From: Promethearchaeota archaeon
GTDB lineage: Archaea; Asgardarchaeota; Lokiarchaeia; Sigyniarchaeales; SOKP01
Reading direction: 5' to 3'
Assembly: GCA_048940645.1 (NCBI GenBank)
Contig: JBHLOI010000001.1
Coordinates: 1 to 64,000 of the forward strand
DNA length: 64,000 bases
This document shows, piece after piece, positions 42,648 to 52,443 of the stretch (position 1 is its first letter; every line of letters starts with the position of its first letter). The position numbers were made by a program, and so were the translations under genes. The notes below the pieces were generated by a model that saw only the letters and a list, made by a program, of their open reading frames with translations, was not told the origin of the DNA and did no database searches.

Positions 42648-43064
42648 ATGGCTGAAGAAGAAATTAGAACTAAAATTAGTGATTTAAAGGACGATATAAC
42701 TCGGATTGAAGAAGATGCGACTAAAAAGGAAGCAAATGCCGAGAAAGAGATAGAAGCAGATTGGGATTCCAAAATCCATAATACAAAATCAAATTTAGAT
42801 ACAGCTGAAACAGATATAAAAGAAGCTATTGAAAAAGCAGACGAATGGGTATCCAAGAGAAATAGATTAACAGTGGAAGTGAAATCGTTAAAGAAAGAAC
42901 ACGCTAATTTGCTTAAAGGTAAAGATAAAGCGTTAAAAGATAAATTGAATAATATTGAAAAAGAAAAGAAATCTAAGATAAAAGCGAAGGAAAAGGATAT
43001 AGCTTCCTTAGATAAAAAATTAGAAAAACTAGAAAACGAAAAACTGAAGCAAAAATTAGCTTAA
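42648..43064 (+). CDS. Hypothetical coiled-coil protein
   Basis: 138 aa, K/E-rich heptad pattern. Confidence 0.65.
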   Translation: MAEEEIRTKISDLKDDITRIEEDATKKEANAEKEIEADWDSKIHNTKSNLDTAETDIKEAIEKADEWVSKRNRLTVEVKSLKKEHANLLKGKDKALKDKLNNIEKEKKSKIKAKEKDIASLDKKLEKLENEKLKQKLA

Positions 43065-43109
43065 ATTATTTAATTCATTGACTTTTTATTAATTTTTTAT
43101 TTTTAAATA

Positions 43110-43661
43110 ATGATAGTTTTAACTGGTTTTGAAAAGTTTGGTAAATATCCTCTTAATAATAGTGAAGAGATTGTGAGAAGTTTTCCAGAAAATTTCGAAG
43201 GTTTTCTATTTATAAAAAAAGTTTTACCTGTAAGTTGGAAGAGAAGTATTAAAGATTATGAGAGAATATTACAAATACTAAAGTGTGATCCAAGATTAGT
43301 AATCCTTACTGGAGTTTATTCAGGTAAAAAAATTTTAATCGAAAGATGTGGATGGAATTTAGCTTTTGGATTAGATAATGAGAATAAATTTAGAATAGGA
43401 ATTGTTAAATTTAAAAAATCTATGAGATTAAAAATGATTCTAAATGTAGAAAAAATAATATCAAATAGGATAAGTTCTAAAATTATATCGTTATCTAGTT
43501 ATGCTGGTCTTTTTCTCTGCAATTATATCTATTATTGGGCTTTATATTTAGCAAAAGGAAATTATCCCGTAATATTCATCCATTTACCATCAAAAGGGAA
43601 TATTAACAGTATAAAAAAGAATTTTTACAATATAATTAAAGCTATTTTGGCCTTAATTTAA
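43110..43661 (+). CDS. pcp: Pyroglutamyl-peptidase I (peptidase C15)
   Basis: LTGFEKFG...NNS, LPV, IER, AGLFLCN, FIHLP catalytic triad motifs. Confidence 0.85.
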   Translation: MIVLTGFEKFGKYPLNNSEEIVRSFPENFEGFLFIKKVLPVSWKRSIKDYERILQILKCDPRLVILTGVYSGKKILIERCGWNLAFGLDNENKFRIGIVKFKKSMRLKMILNVEKIISNRISSKIISLSSYAGLFLCNYIYYWALYLAKGNYPVIFIHLPSKGNINSIKKNFYNIIKAILALI

Positions 43662-43674
43662 TAATTTTACATGT

Positions 43675-43818
43675 TTATAAATTAAGAGGTAATTTCTGAC
43701 CTTTTTCATTTAAAATATCTTTGGAGAGCTCTTTTTGTAATTTTAACTCATCATATAGCCAACTTAATAATCGCATCTTAGAATTATAAATTTCAATTTC
43801 TTCCTCAAATAATTCCAT
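43675..43818 (-). CDS. Small hypothetical protein (47 aa, MELFEEEIEIYNSKMRLLSWLYDELKLQKELSKDILNEKGQKLPLNL)
   Basis: Manually translated ORF filling the gap between pcp and the 311-aa membrane protein; helical composition; below the track length cut-off. Confidence 0.35.
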   Translation of the reverse strand: MELFEEEIEIYNSKMRLLSWLYDELKLQKELSKDILNEKGQKLPLNL

Positions 43819-43899
43819 GTAATAGTCAGAAGTTCTTATGGTTGTCTAATGATATGAATTGCTGTGAAAACACATATTATTGATTATAATATGCGGATA

Positions 43900-44835
43900 T
43901 TATTCATTAGATCTTTCTAATAAATCGTTTAATTCAGGTAATTTAAATTGTGGCAGATTATATTTTGAAAACCTTGAATTAACACGTTTAAGAGATTTGG
44001 ATAACATTTTCTCATAAATAAATATGGGGATCGCCAAAAGTCCTGTAATTATAAAAGGCAGAAAAAGTACAATTAGAGGGGTTAAAATTGCTGGATCAAA
44101 AGGTGGCATTTGACCAACTACGCGAAATGTAACATAGATTTGACGAATATAAGCAAGTATTGTAGCTATACCCGTATATGTTTCTAATACTTTGAAATAT
44201 GAATTATGCACACCCTCAATTATGGGAGTTCTACGTTGTTCTGGAAATGTTCTATATAGCATTAATCCGCAATCCTCCAAAAGCCAAATTGGTAAAAATA
44301 AAAGTGAACAAAATGATGTAAGAAAGAATGCCATGAAAAAGGTACCCTCAGCAACATATAAGTATTTTAAATCAGGATTAAGAATTAAATCTGACCATGA
44401 AAATCTTCTAAATGCCTGTGGAGGTAAATCTAAAAGTTGCATAACTAATATTGTTGTACTAAATGTAAAGAAACTTAATATTATTGCGCGATATAAAATG
44501 CGTGTTGGTTTAATATCCCTATTGAATTCTAAAAATCCATATTCCGGTTTTTTCCTGAAAGTGTATGTTAGTTTATTGATTTTAAACAGCATTTGAACCA
44601 GAAAAGGAGAAATAGCGAAAAAGATTAAATAAATTAGAATAGGGAAAAGATAGAAAAAAATCGTATCGGTATACATTGTCCCTGGAAGCAAAGGAAGAAA
44701 CCAATATACATATTCTATAGGAATCAAATCTAAACCAGGATTATTAACAGTCAAGATTCCCAAAATCAAAAATGTGAGAAAAACTATAATTGAAAAGATA
44801 AAACATATTAAAACGGGTACGAATTTCTTCTCCAA
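43900..44835 (-). CDS. Hypothetical polytopic membrane protein
   Basis: 311 aa with about 6 hydrophobic segments; GGTGA RBS before TTG. Confidence 0.7.
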   Translation of the reverse strand: MEKKFVPVLICFIFSIIVFLTFLILGILTVNNPGLDLIPIEYVYWFLPLLPGTMYTDTIFFYLFPILIYLIFFAISPFLVQMLFKINKLTYTFRKKPEYGFLEFNRDIKPTRILYRAIILSFFTFSTTILVMQLLDLPPQAFRRFSWSDLILNPDLKYLYVAEGTFFMAFFLTSFCSLLFLPIWLLEDCGLMLYRTFPEQRRTPIIEGVHNSYFKVLETYTGIATILAYIRQIYVTFRVVGQMPPFDPAILTPLIVLFLPFIITGLLAIPIFIYEKMLSKSLKRVNSRFSKYNLPQFKLPELNDLLERSNE

Positions 44836-44854
44836 TTATATCACCTTTAATTAA

Positions 44855-45271
44855 TTAATCCCTTTTATACATATTTTTGATTTTCTCTAATTCATAGGCA
44901 ATATTTTCAATAGGATCTCCATTAATAACCTTATCTAAGCGTTCTATTAGGTCTTTAGGGAACATATCTATTTCTGAAGCACCCTCTCTAAAGTCTTTAA
45001 AATCATCTGTAATCATGTATTCACTTGTACTCCTTTTAGTATCAAATTCATTCATAACAACCTTCTCGAAAGTATCAATTATATTATTCATTAGATTATC
45101 TTCTAACAATTTTACATCTTGTTTCACATCATCAACCATGTGATCATATTTCTTATTGACTTCTGCTAATTCTTCTTGACGTGATAGTTCAACCTCCTCT
45201 ATTTTAGGTCTAACTTCCCTTTTTTTAGCTTCTAATTCTTCCAATTTAGATTTAATCTCTTTTATTGCCAT
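44855..45271 (-). CDS. Hypothetical coiled-coil protein
   Basis: 138 aa, charged helical N-terminal half. Confidence 0.65.
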   Translation of the reverse strand: MAIKEIKSKLEELEAKKREVRPKIEEVELSRQEELAEVNKKYDHMVDDVKQDVKLLEDNLMNNIIDTFEKVVMNEFDTKRSTSEYMITDDFKDFREGASEIDMFPKDLIERLDKVINGDPIENIAYELEKIKNMYKRD

Positions 45272-45420
45272 AGAACAATCTATAAAATTTTTAATTATAA
45301 CTTTTTAAATTAAGAAGTTACTTAAAAATTTATTTAAATCATATGTGCTCTTAAAATAAAAGTTATATTTTCTAAACAATTACCTAGCAAAAGATAATTA
45401 AACAAAATATCTCTTAGATT

Positions 45421-46329
45421 ATGCCTAAAAAAATTGTTGTTCCCGAACCAGAAGATGGGCTTAAATTTATTGATGTTCATTGCCATTTACCATTTCCGAG
45501 ACCTAAGAAAAATAATAGATTACCTTCAGACGAGTTACAATACAGAGATTATTTTAAGATTGGAGGAATTTATTTAATAACAAGTTCTATTGATAACACG
45601 ACTCTTGATTTAATTTTAAATTTTATAAAAGATAAACATAATATTGGTTTTACGTGCGGATGGGCGCCACAAACGGTTACCTATACTCCCAAGACACAAT
45701 ATAAGGGAAATTGGAATAAATGGATTGATTTTATCAGAAATAATAAAGATAAATATTTAGCTATAGGTGAAATCGGATTAGATTTTCATCATGCTCAAAG
45801 TCTTGAAAAAAGGGAAAAGCAAGTCTCTGAGTTAAAAAAAATCTTTGAAATAACAAAAAGTTTCGCAAAACCCTATGTTCTTCATGTTAGAAATGCTGCT
45901 GAACGTGAATATGATAGGGAAAACCCTAAGCACAGATATAATAAAAGAGATGGTGCTTCTAAGGAGATTTTAAACATAATTAAAGAATTTAATATTAATC
46001 CAAAAACAATTATGTGGCATTGTTTTTCTGGACCAGATGATTATGGAATTATATTACCTAAACAAGGATTTAAATTATCAGTACCAAGTTCGGCGTATGG
46101 TAATAGTAGATGGCGTAATCTTACTAAGAATTCTCCTTTAGATGCTTTATTAACTGAGACAGACAGTTATTATCAACACCCCTATCTCAGAGGGCCGATT
46201 AATGTGCCATCAAATGCTCGTTTTTCTATTGCCGCGATTGCTTATTCTCATAATGTTTCTCAAGAATTAGTTAGTGAAAAAACAATTGAGAACGCAGAAA
46301 AATTCTTTAATTTAGATTTGGCAAACTAA
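45421..46329 (+). CDS. tatD: TatD-family metal-dependent hydrolase/nuclease
   Basis: IDVHCHL, AIGEIGLD, LHVR, WHCFSG, LTETDS. Confidence 0.88.
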   Translation: MPKKIVVPEPEDGLKFIDVHCHLPFPRPKKNNRLPSDELQYRDYFKIGGIYLITSSIDNTTLDLILNFIKDKHNIGFTCGWAPQTVTYTPKTQYKGNWNKWIDFIRNNKDKYLAIGEIGLDFHHAQSLEKREKQVSELKKIFEITKSFAKPYVLHVRNAAEREYDRENPKHRYNKRDGASKEILNIIKEFNINPKTIMWHCFSGPDDYGIILPKQGFKLSVPSSAYGNSRWRNLTKNSPLDALLTETDSYYQHPYLRGPINVPSNARFSIAAIAYSHNVSQELVSEKTIENAEKFFNLDLAN

Positions 46330-46440
46330 ATTGTTTTTAGTATAAAATTGTCTTAATTTCAAGTCAAATTGCAAAATTTTTATTTAATCATAGTTTAGAA
46401 GCAAATATTATAATAAAATTAGTTTAAGATTGAGTAGGCA

Positions 46441-46956
46441 ATGAAAATACTCATAACTTTTTATAGTCAATCTGGAAACACAAAGATGATTGCTGAAGCA
46501 ATAAAAAATGGCTTATCGACTGAAGGAGTAGATCTTAAGCCAATTAATGAGATGGAACCGACGGATTTTGGTAGATATGATCTAGTTTTTCTCGGTTCTG
46601 GAGTTTATGCTAGTAGAGTACATAGCTCTGTTGTAAATCTAATGAAAAAAGTTACCGAATTTCCTATTAAATTTATATATTTTTGTACCCATGCAAGTTT
46701 AAAGCTTTATCAGACTCCCTTTGCAAAAGTAACTAAAATTCTTGAGAAAAATAATTGTAAAATCATAGGAAAATTTGACTGTGTCGGTGAAAATAAGGTT
46801 ATGTCGTTAGAAAGTCGAATGCAAGCAATAAATAGTTTACCTGCTGAAGAAAGAGATAAAGCTCTAAAAAACTTAAAATTAACAGAAGGACATCCTAATG
46901 AAGATGATATAAAAAGCGCTGAAAAATTTGCCGAATTTATTTTACAAAAATTTTAA
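46441..46956 (+). CDS. Flavodoxin-family protein
   Basis: YSQSGNTKMIAEAI FMN loop, LGSGVY, GHPNEDD. Confidence 0.85.
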   Translation: MKILITFYSQSGNTKMIAEAIKNGLSTEGVDLKPINEMEPTDFGRYDLVFLGSGVYASRVHSSVVNLMKKVTEFPIKFIYFCTHASLKLYQTPFAKVTKILEKNNCKIIGKFDCVGENKVMSLESRMQAINSLPAEERDKALKNLKLTEGHPNEDDIKSAEKFAEFILQKF

Positions 46957-47077
46957 ACCAAATTCCTTTTTCCCTACTTTTTAAAATAAAGGCTTATAAA
47001 AATTAGACTAAATTTTATTTAAATACCAACCTTTAATATCATTTCATAATACTAAAAAAAAAAAATTGTGATAAATT

Positions 47078-48172
47078 TTGAGAAAAAATGTTAGAACTGC
47101 AATAATAGTTCTTTCAGCATTGATTGGTGGGGGCGCAATTGGTTTTGTTATAACAGGTTTTGCGATGTCAGGTACAATCGAGGAATCTTTCACTTTTCAT
47201 TATCAAGCTGTTCCTTCATCAATGGAAGACCTAACTTTAGATGTTGGTCTTGGATCTTTAGATATTCGATATAACACGTCTAATACTCCCTACCTAGTTA
47301 AAATTGATGTAGATATAAAAATTTCAGGACTATTCATGGCAAATAGAGGATATGCTGAATTTTTTGGACCATCTACAGATTGGTGGCAAAATACAACCTT
47401 CCCCCCAATTACTTTTAGATTGGATCCTCTCCCACAAACTTGGTTTAATCCTACATTTTGGTTCAAGTCATATGATATCGATGTAAATGTTACATTGAGA
47501 ACGGATGTTATATATAAAATCAATGCAGATACAGGTACTGGATCAATAAAAATAGTTACACTTAATAATGTGATTTTAAACGATTTATCTCTTTCTTCTG
47601 GTACTGGGAGCATTTATTTAGATATATCCGATAATACGACAATCCAAGATACTTTAGATTTAGATGCTGGAACTGGTAGTATATCTCTCTATGGTAAAAG
47701 TGCAAATTTTTCAAAAGGGTTATTAATGGATGCGGGTACAGGATCCATAGTCGCAAATCTCAGTAATAGTATTATTGGCGGCGATATTGCTTTATCCACG
47801 GGTACCGGAAGTATAGGTTTTAAAACATATCATATAGAATATGCTAAGAACAGTGCTTGGGCATTATCTACCGGAACCGGTGGAATAGATGTTGTTATAA
47901 ATCAACATGGTCTTATGGGTGCAAATGTTACAGGGACTCTATCTACTGGAACTGGAAGTATTAATATTATATATATAGACACAAGTGCTAGTGTGGGAGC
48001 AAGTTTCTTTGGAAGTACAGGAACCGGAAGCTTTAATCGAATAAATTCTGGAGGTTTCACTCCTACTAATTTTAATCCATTTATGTCACTTGATTTCCCA
48101 ACAACATACCATTATAATTTTAACATAAATACAGGAACTGGAAGCATTACAGTGGATGGTTCAAGTAGTTAA
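47078..48172 (+). CDS. Membrane-anchored DUF4097-like beta-strand repeat protein
   Basis: N-terminal TM anchor; nine GTG(S/G) repeats. Confidence 0.75.
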   Translation: MRKNVRTAIIVLSALIGGGAIGFVITGFAMSGTIEESFTFHYQAVPSSMEDLTLDVGLGSLDIRYNTSNTPYLVKIDVDIKISGLFMANRGYAEFFGPSTDWWQNTTFPPITFRLDPLPQTWFNPTFWFKSYDIDVNVTLRTDVIYKINADTGTGSIKIVTLNNVILNDLSLSSGTGSIYLDISDNTTIQDTLDLDAGTGSISLYGKSANFSKGLLMDAGTGSIVANLSNSIIGGDIALSTGTGSIGFKTYHIEYAKNSAWALSTGTGGIDVVINQHGLMGANVTGTLSTGTGSINIIYIDTSASVGASFFGSTGTGSFNRINSGGFTPTNFNPFMSLDFPTTYHYNFNINTGTGSITVDGSSS

Positions 48173-48182
48173 AATCCTTTAC

Positions 48183-48199
48183 TTTTTTTTATTTTTTTT
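48183..48199 (+). terminator. Oligo-T tract terminator candidate
   Basis: T8-A-T8 run just after the stop of the DUF4097-like gene, between convergent genes. Confidence 0.4.
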
Positions 48200-48281
48200 G
48201 TACTTATTACTCTTTTTTAGGAAATTTTTATTAGATTAATTTTAATAAGAACTACAAATTAAATAGTTGTTAAAAATAGAA

Positions 48282-48992
48282 TTACCAGCAATACATGTCA
48301 TAAGTTGGTTTTTCACTTAATTCTCCATCTTTAATCCAAATATTTTTTCCTAGAGGATGTTCTCCGACAACTTGTGCTATCCGAGGATCATGAGTAACTA
48401 TTATTATAGTTTTCTGTTCTTCTTCAGCTAGCTTGATCAATAATTGTATAATCGATTTTCCTGTCTCTGAATCTAAGTTCCCAGTGGGTTCATCTGCTAG
48501 TATTACTTTTGGGTTATTAATGAGAGATCTTGCAATCGCTACGCGCTGTGATTCTCCACCAGATAATTTTCCTACCTTACTGTGAGCTCTATCTCCTAAG
48601 CCTACTATGCTTAATAATTCTTGAGCTCGTTCTCGATCTTTATCATTAATTCTATATGGAATTAAGGGTATAAGAACATTCCCTATAACATCAAGGTTAG
48701 GCAATAAGTAAAAACTCTGAAACACAAACCCTATTGTTTCCTTTCGATATCTCGCTAGTTTACGCTCAGGCAAACTTCCTATATCAATCTCATTAATTAA
48801 TACTTCTCCTGAGGTTGGTTTATCCATAGCACCCAGAATGTTTAATAAAGTGCTTTTTCCGCTTCCTGAGGGTCCCATTATGGTAAAAATCTTTCCTCCT
48901 TCAATTTCTAAGTCTACTTGATTAAGTGCTTTTATAGTAGTTCTCTCTTCGCCATAAATTTTGCTCACATTTTTCAAACTTATGAGTGAAAT
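48282..48992 (-). CDS. ABC transporter ATP-binding protein (LolD/MacB type); probable ATT start
   Basis: GPSGSGKST, LSGGESQR, LADEPTGNLD, VTHD; frame extends 5 codons upstream of the track start to ATT-TCA-CTC-ATA-AGT-TTG, 7 nt after GAGGTGA. Confidence 0.88.
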   Translation of the reverse strand: MSLISLKNVSKIYGEERTTIKALNQVDLEIEGGKIFTIMGPSGSGKSTLLNILGAMDKPTSGEVLINEIDIGSLPERKLARYRKETIGFVFQSFYLLPNLDVIGNVLIPLIPYRINDKDRERAQELLSIVGLGDRAHSKVGKLSGGESQRVAIARSLINNPKVILADEPTGNLDSETGKSIIQLLIKLAEEEQKTIIIVTHDPRIAQVVGEHPLGKNIWIKDGELSEKPTYDMYCW

Positions 48993-49007
48993 TTTTTTCT
49001 CACCTCA

Positions 49008-50252
49008 TTACTCACCTTTTAAGACCACTACAGGTCTAACTCTTGATGCTTTAATTCCAGGATATAATCCACCCACTACGCCTAAACCTAAAGCGTATGC
49101 TAGGACTTCAATAACACCTTCTAAAGTTACTATTGCTGATGCTCCTCCGAATGGACTTGCACCACTTCCTAATACAATGATTAATATACCGCCAATACCC
49201 ATCCCAATTGCAGCCCCTAAAAAGCCTAAAGTGAGAGATTCATACACTACATTTAAGAAAATATGACGATTTTTCCATCCAGTCGATTTTAGTATAGCAA
49301 ATTCTTTCATTCGTGCTGTTACCGACATCAATTGGGTAACAATTATTGCCATTCCTCCCGCAATTACTGTTATAATGCCTATTATTCCTGCAAAAGCGTT
49401 AAAAATAGCAAATGTCTCCTCTATAGATTTAAAAAATGTAGCAAGTGCAACAGCTGTAATAAAAGTAGGGGAATATCCTCCACCATCAGAATTTTCATTA
49501 ATTAAATCGGCGAAATTTTCTGTTTCTTCCGTGGTTTCAACATTAAATCTCAAATCAATTGTGCTATACACGTTAGTCTCCTCTCCAGCTAGATATAAAT
49601 AATTCCACAGAGTTTGAATATCTGTATAAATATAATATTCTCTAGGAACAAAATCAGGAGCCCCAATATCTTCTTCTTCATATATACCTACAATGGTTAA
49701 AGTTGTTGTGTTAATTCCACCTGGATCAAGACTTATTGTAATATTCACTCCTATGGATACTGGAAATTGAGCAGCATCTAATAAACGATTATCTACGATT
49801 GCTTCATTATTTCCGATAGTAAAGGATCTTCCTTGCAGTAATTTTGTAGTTGATCCTCCCCAATTTTGATCCAGACTCTGATTTAAACCTATTAAAGTTA
49901 ATGTATCACCTAAATTTTGTAATTTTGAGGGACCTGAATAATTAGATGTGAAATATATAGGCGCTTGAGTTTCAACATTATGGTTAATTATAAAATTTCC
50001 TACATTAGGAGTCTCATATAATTTATTTGGTAAATTTAATGGTAAATGACTATTTGCTCGACCTTCAACATCCTTTTCTATAATTTCTACAATACCAATA
50101 CTTCTTGTTAAACTATCTTGGAATTGAGCGTTTACTCCTGCTGTAAATGCTCCTATAACAAAAACAAGCATTAATCCAAATCCAACACCAATACTAGCTA
50201 AAATTGCGGTTCCTTTTTTTCTAAACGCATTTTTTATACTGAATTTTAGCAA
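49008..50252 (-). CDS. ABC transporter permease (MacB/FtsX type)
   Basis: N-terminal TM, large extracytoplasmic domain, SVTARMKEFAILKSTGW, GLYPGIKASRVRPV. Confidence 0.88.
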   Translation of the reverse strand: MLKFSIKNAFRKKGTAILASIGVGFGLMLVFVIGAFTAGVNAQFQDSLTRSIGIVEIIEKDVEGRANSHLPLNLPNKLYETPNVGNFIINHNVETQAPIYFTSNYSGPSKLQNLGDTLTLIGLNQSLDQNWGGSTTKLLQGRSFTIGNNEAIVDNRLLDAAQFPVSIGVNITISLDPGGINTTTLTIVGIYEEEDIGAPDFVPREYYIYTDIQTLWNYLYLAGEETNVYSTIDLRFNVETTEETENFADLINENSDGGGYSPTFITAVALATFFKSIEETFAIFNAFAGIIGIITVIAGGMAIIVTQLMSVTARMKEFAILKSTGWKNRHIFLNVVYESLTLGFLGAAIGMGIGGILIIVLGSGASPFGGASAIVTLEGVIEVLAYALGLGVVGGLYPGIKASRVRPVVVLKGE

Positions 50253-50453
50253 TTTTAAACATAGCTCTTAATATTTTGCTTTTTGGGTAAATATAAATTA
50301 ACAAATCGGTTAATTTTTTTAGGATAATGAGATTTTTATTATTTCTCCTTTTAATCTATAAATACTAATTTAGAAATAATATACAGAATAATTGACTCCC
50401 ATTCTTTTATGAAAATAAATTTAGAGGGTTTAAATTTGAAACAAAGGCTTTAT

Positions 50454-52415
50454 TCACTTGAATATCTCTTTAATTAATTTTTCAATAGATTTTTCGATTT
50501 TGAATTGTGTTTTAGTAATACTGGAAAAAAGAACTCCATTATGAAAACGAGCAACTGCCTTTTGACCTAGAGTTCTCGGTTTATTGCTGATCTGTTTCAA
50601 AATCTGTAAAAAGTGCTTTACTTCTTTTTCATTATTTTCAATACCAAAACTCATCCTAATAATTCCTGGAAGAATCATATCTGTCATTTCTGGGATCAAA
50701 CTTGCAAGTAGAATAGAACCATATGTCCTAAAAGCATTAATCTTGAGCAACTGTCGAATTAGAATATGCGCACAAAAGCATCCATTACGAATACCTATAC
50801 CTCCTTCTTCTGTAAGTTCTTTTGCAGCAAGATTATGTGGAACTTTTTTCATACTAAAAGTGATAATACCTCCCTTTCTATTGAACTTGGGCGATTGTAT
50901 ATCCTGCAAACCAAAAATTTCAATATCTTCTATAGCATTAAGGCCTTTTAAAGCGATTTTAGTCAACTTCCTCTCATAATTCTCAACTATTTTCATCCCT
51001 ATTCTTTTTAGTAACAATAGCGCTTTCCCCATGGCAGCTATTCCCGCTGTATTTTCTTCTCCTGATAATTTGATTGCCTTTAATCCACTTGGGTTAAATC
51101 TCAAAAGGTTTTTTTTAGCTATCAGAACCCCAGTACCAAACGGTGCATATAGTTTATGACCAGCAAAAGCAAAATAGTCAATATCAATTTCTGCTAATTT
51201 AACTTTGCGATGTCCTACTAATTGTGCTGCATCTACTAATAGATGTGCACCATATCTGTGGGTTATTCTACTTATTGCTTTAAGATTATTAAAAGACCCT
51301 AAGACATTAGAGGCTCCACATATAGCTACAATTTTAATTCTCTTTTTTCCATGTTTATGATTTTCATTATAATCCCGAAGGAGGTGTTCTAATTTTTTTA
51401 AATGTATAAAACCATCATTATCTATTGGATTTCTGATTAAATAAGCACCAGGAATATAACGCCAAGGAAGTTCATTAGAATGGTGCTCTAATTTTGTGTT
51501 GAGAATGACTAGTTTAATACTTTCTTCAAATGTAAGAGAAACATTTTGAGTAGCAATGTTAATTGCTTCAGTTGTATTTGATGCAAATATAATATCATAT
51601 AGTTCTAATGGTGCCTGTAAAAATTCTGAGCAAATTTTTTTAACTTCTTTAACAATTTTCTGTTGCATTTCTCTCGGTTGAATTAAAGTTTGGCGGAAGG
51701 CATCCCAAATTGGCCGAAATGTAGGTGTACTAGCAGCATTATCAAAGTTAACATAATGATTTTTTCCCTCTACAGTTGGAATTAATAAACCATAGCCAAC
51801 CAATTCTTCTCTGAGTTTAAATAATAAATCCTTACCTTTGTATTTTAATAAATTATCGAAATAAAGAATTTTCTCAACGGATAAGTTTCGACTTTTTTGC
51901 TCTTTAGTAAAATCATTTCCAGTATCTTTTTTTATTAAAAGCGCTTTAGCAAAAGCAATAACATTTATGATGTTTGGCGTTCCAGCCTCAAATTTTTCTG
52001 GAATTTCAGCCCAAACAACAGACTTTGCGGCGACATGCTTTATCATTCCGCCTCCTGTATGAAATAGGGGTACCCTTTTTAAATCTTTTACTTTTACTGC
52101 AATTGCTCTTATTCCCAAAGGCAAACCAATCTCTTTACTTGAAAGAATGTGGAGTGATGTTTTTTTAAGCTTTCTCTTAAATCTTTTCATTCTTAGAGAA
52201 GTTGTGAAAATAACAACATATTTCTCTTTATCTAAATCTAGATACTCAAGTATAATCTCTCTTGCTCTCTCGTATAAAGCAGTTGTTACCATTGAATTAT
52301 ATCCAGTGCCTCTATGAACATTGGAATATGTCTCTAATGCCACATACACACTTCTTTCGAGTTCTGTTAGAGCTTTTGAATGTACAATCTCAGACTCCAT
52401 CACGGCTAAACACAT
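50454..52415 (-). CDS. Cysteine desulfurase/selenocysteine lyase-like (class V PLP) enzyme with extra N-terminal partial SufS copy
   Basis: FDNAASTP, NTTEAIN, EHHSN, DAAQ, AGHKLYAP, IRNGCFCAH in the C-terminal part; YSNVHRG and GGG...FEAGTPN in the N-terminal part. Confidence 0.82.
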   Translation of the reverse strand: MCLAVMESEIVHSKALTELERSVYVALETYSNVHRGTGYNSMVTTALYERAREIILEYLDLDKEKYVVIFTTSLRMKRFKRKLKKTSLHILSSKEIGLPLGIRAIAVKVKDLKRVPLFHTGGGMIKHVAAKSVVWAEIPEKFEAGTPNIINVIAFAKALLIKKDTGNDFTKEQKSRNLSVEKILYFDNLLKYKGKDLLFKLREELVGYGLLIPTVEGKNHYVNFDNAASTPTFRPIWDAFRQTLIQPREMQQKIVKEVKKICSEFLQAPLELYDIIFASNTTEAINIATQNVSLTFEESIKLVILNTKLEHHSNELPWRYIPGAYLIRNPIDNDGFIHLKKLEHLLRDYNENHKHGKKRIKIVAICGASNVLGSFNNLKAISRITHRYGAHLLVDAAQLVGHRKVKLAEIDIDYFAFAGHKLYAPFGTGVLIAKKNLLRFNPSGLKAIKLSGEENTAGIAAMGKALLLLKRIGMKIVENYERKLTKIALKGLNAIEDIEIFGLQDIQSPKFNRKGGIITFSMKKVPHNLAAKELTEEGGIGIRNGCFCAHILIRQLLKINAFRTYGSILLASLIPEMTDMILPGIIRMSFGIENNEKEVKHFLQILKQISNKPRTLGQKAVARFHNGVLFSSITKTQFKIEKSIEKLIKEIFK

Positions 52416-52443
52416 TAAATTACTTTTCTATTATATTTCAATT

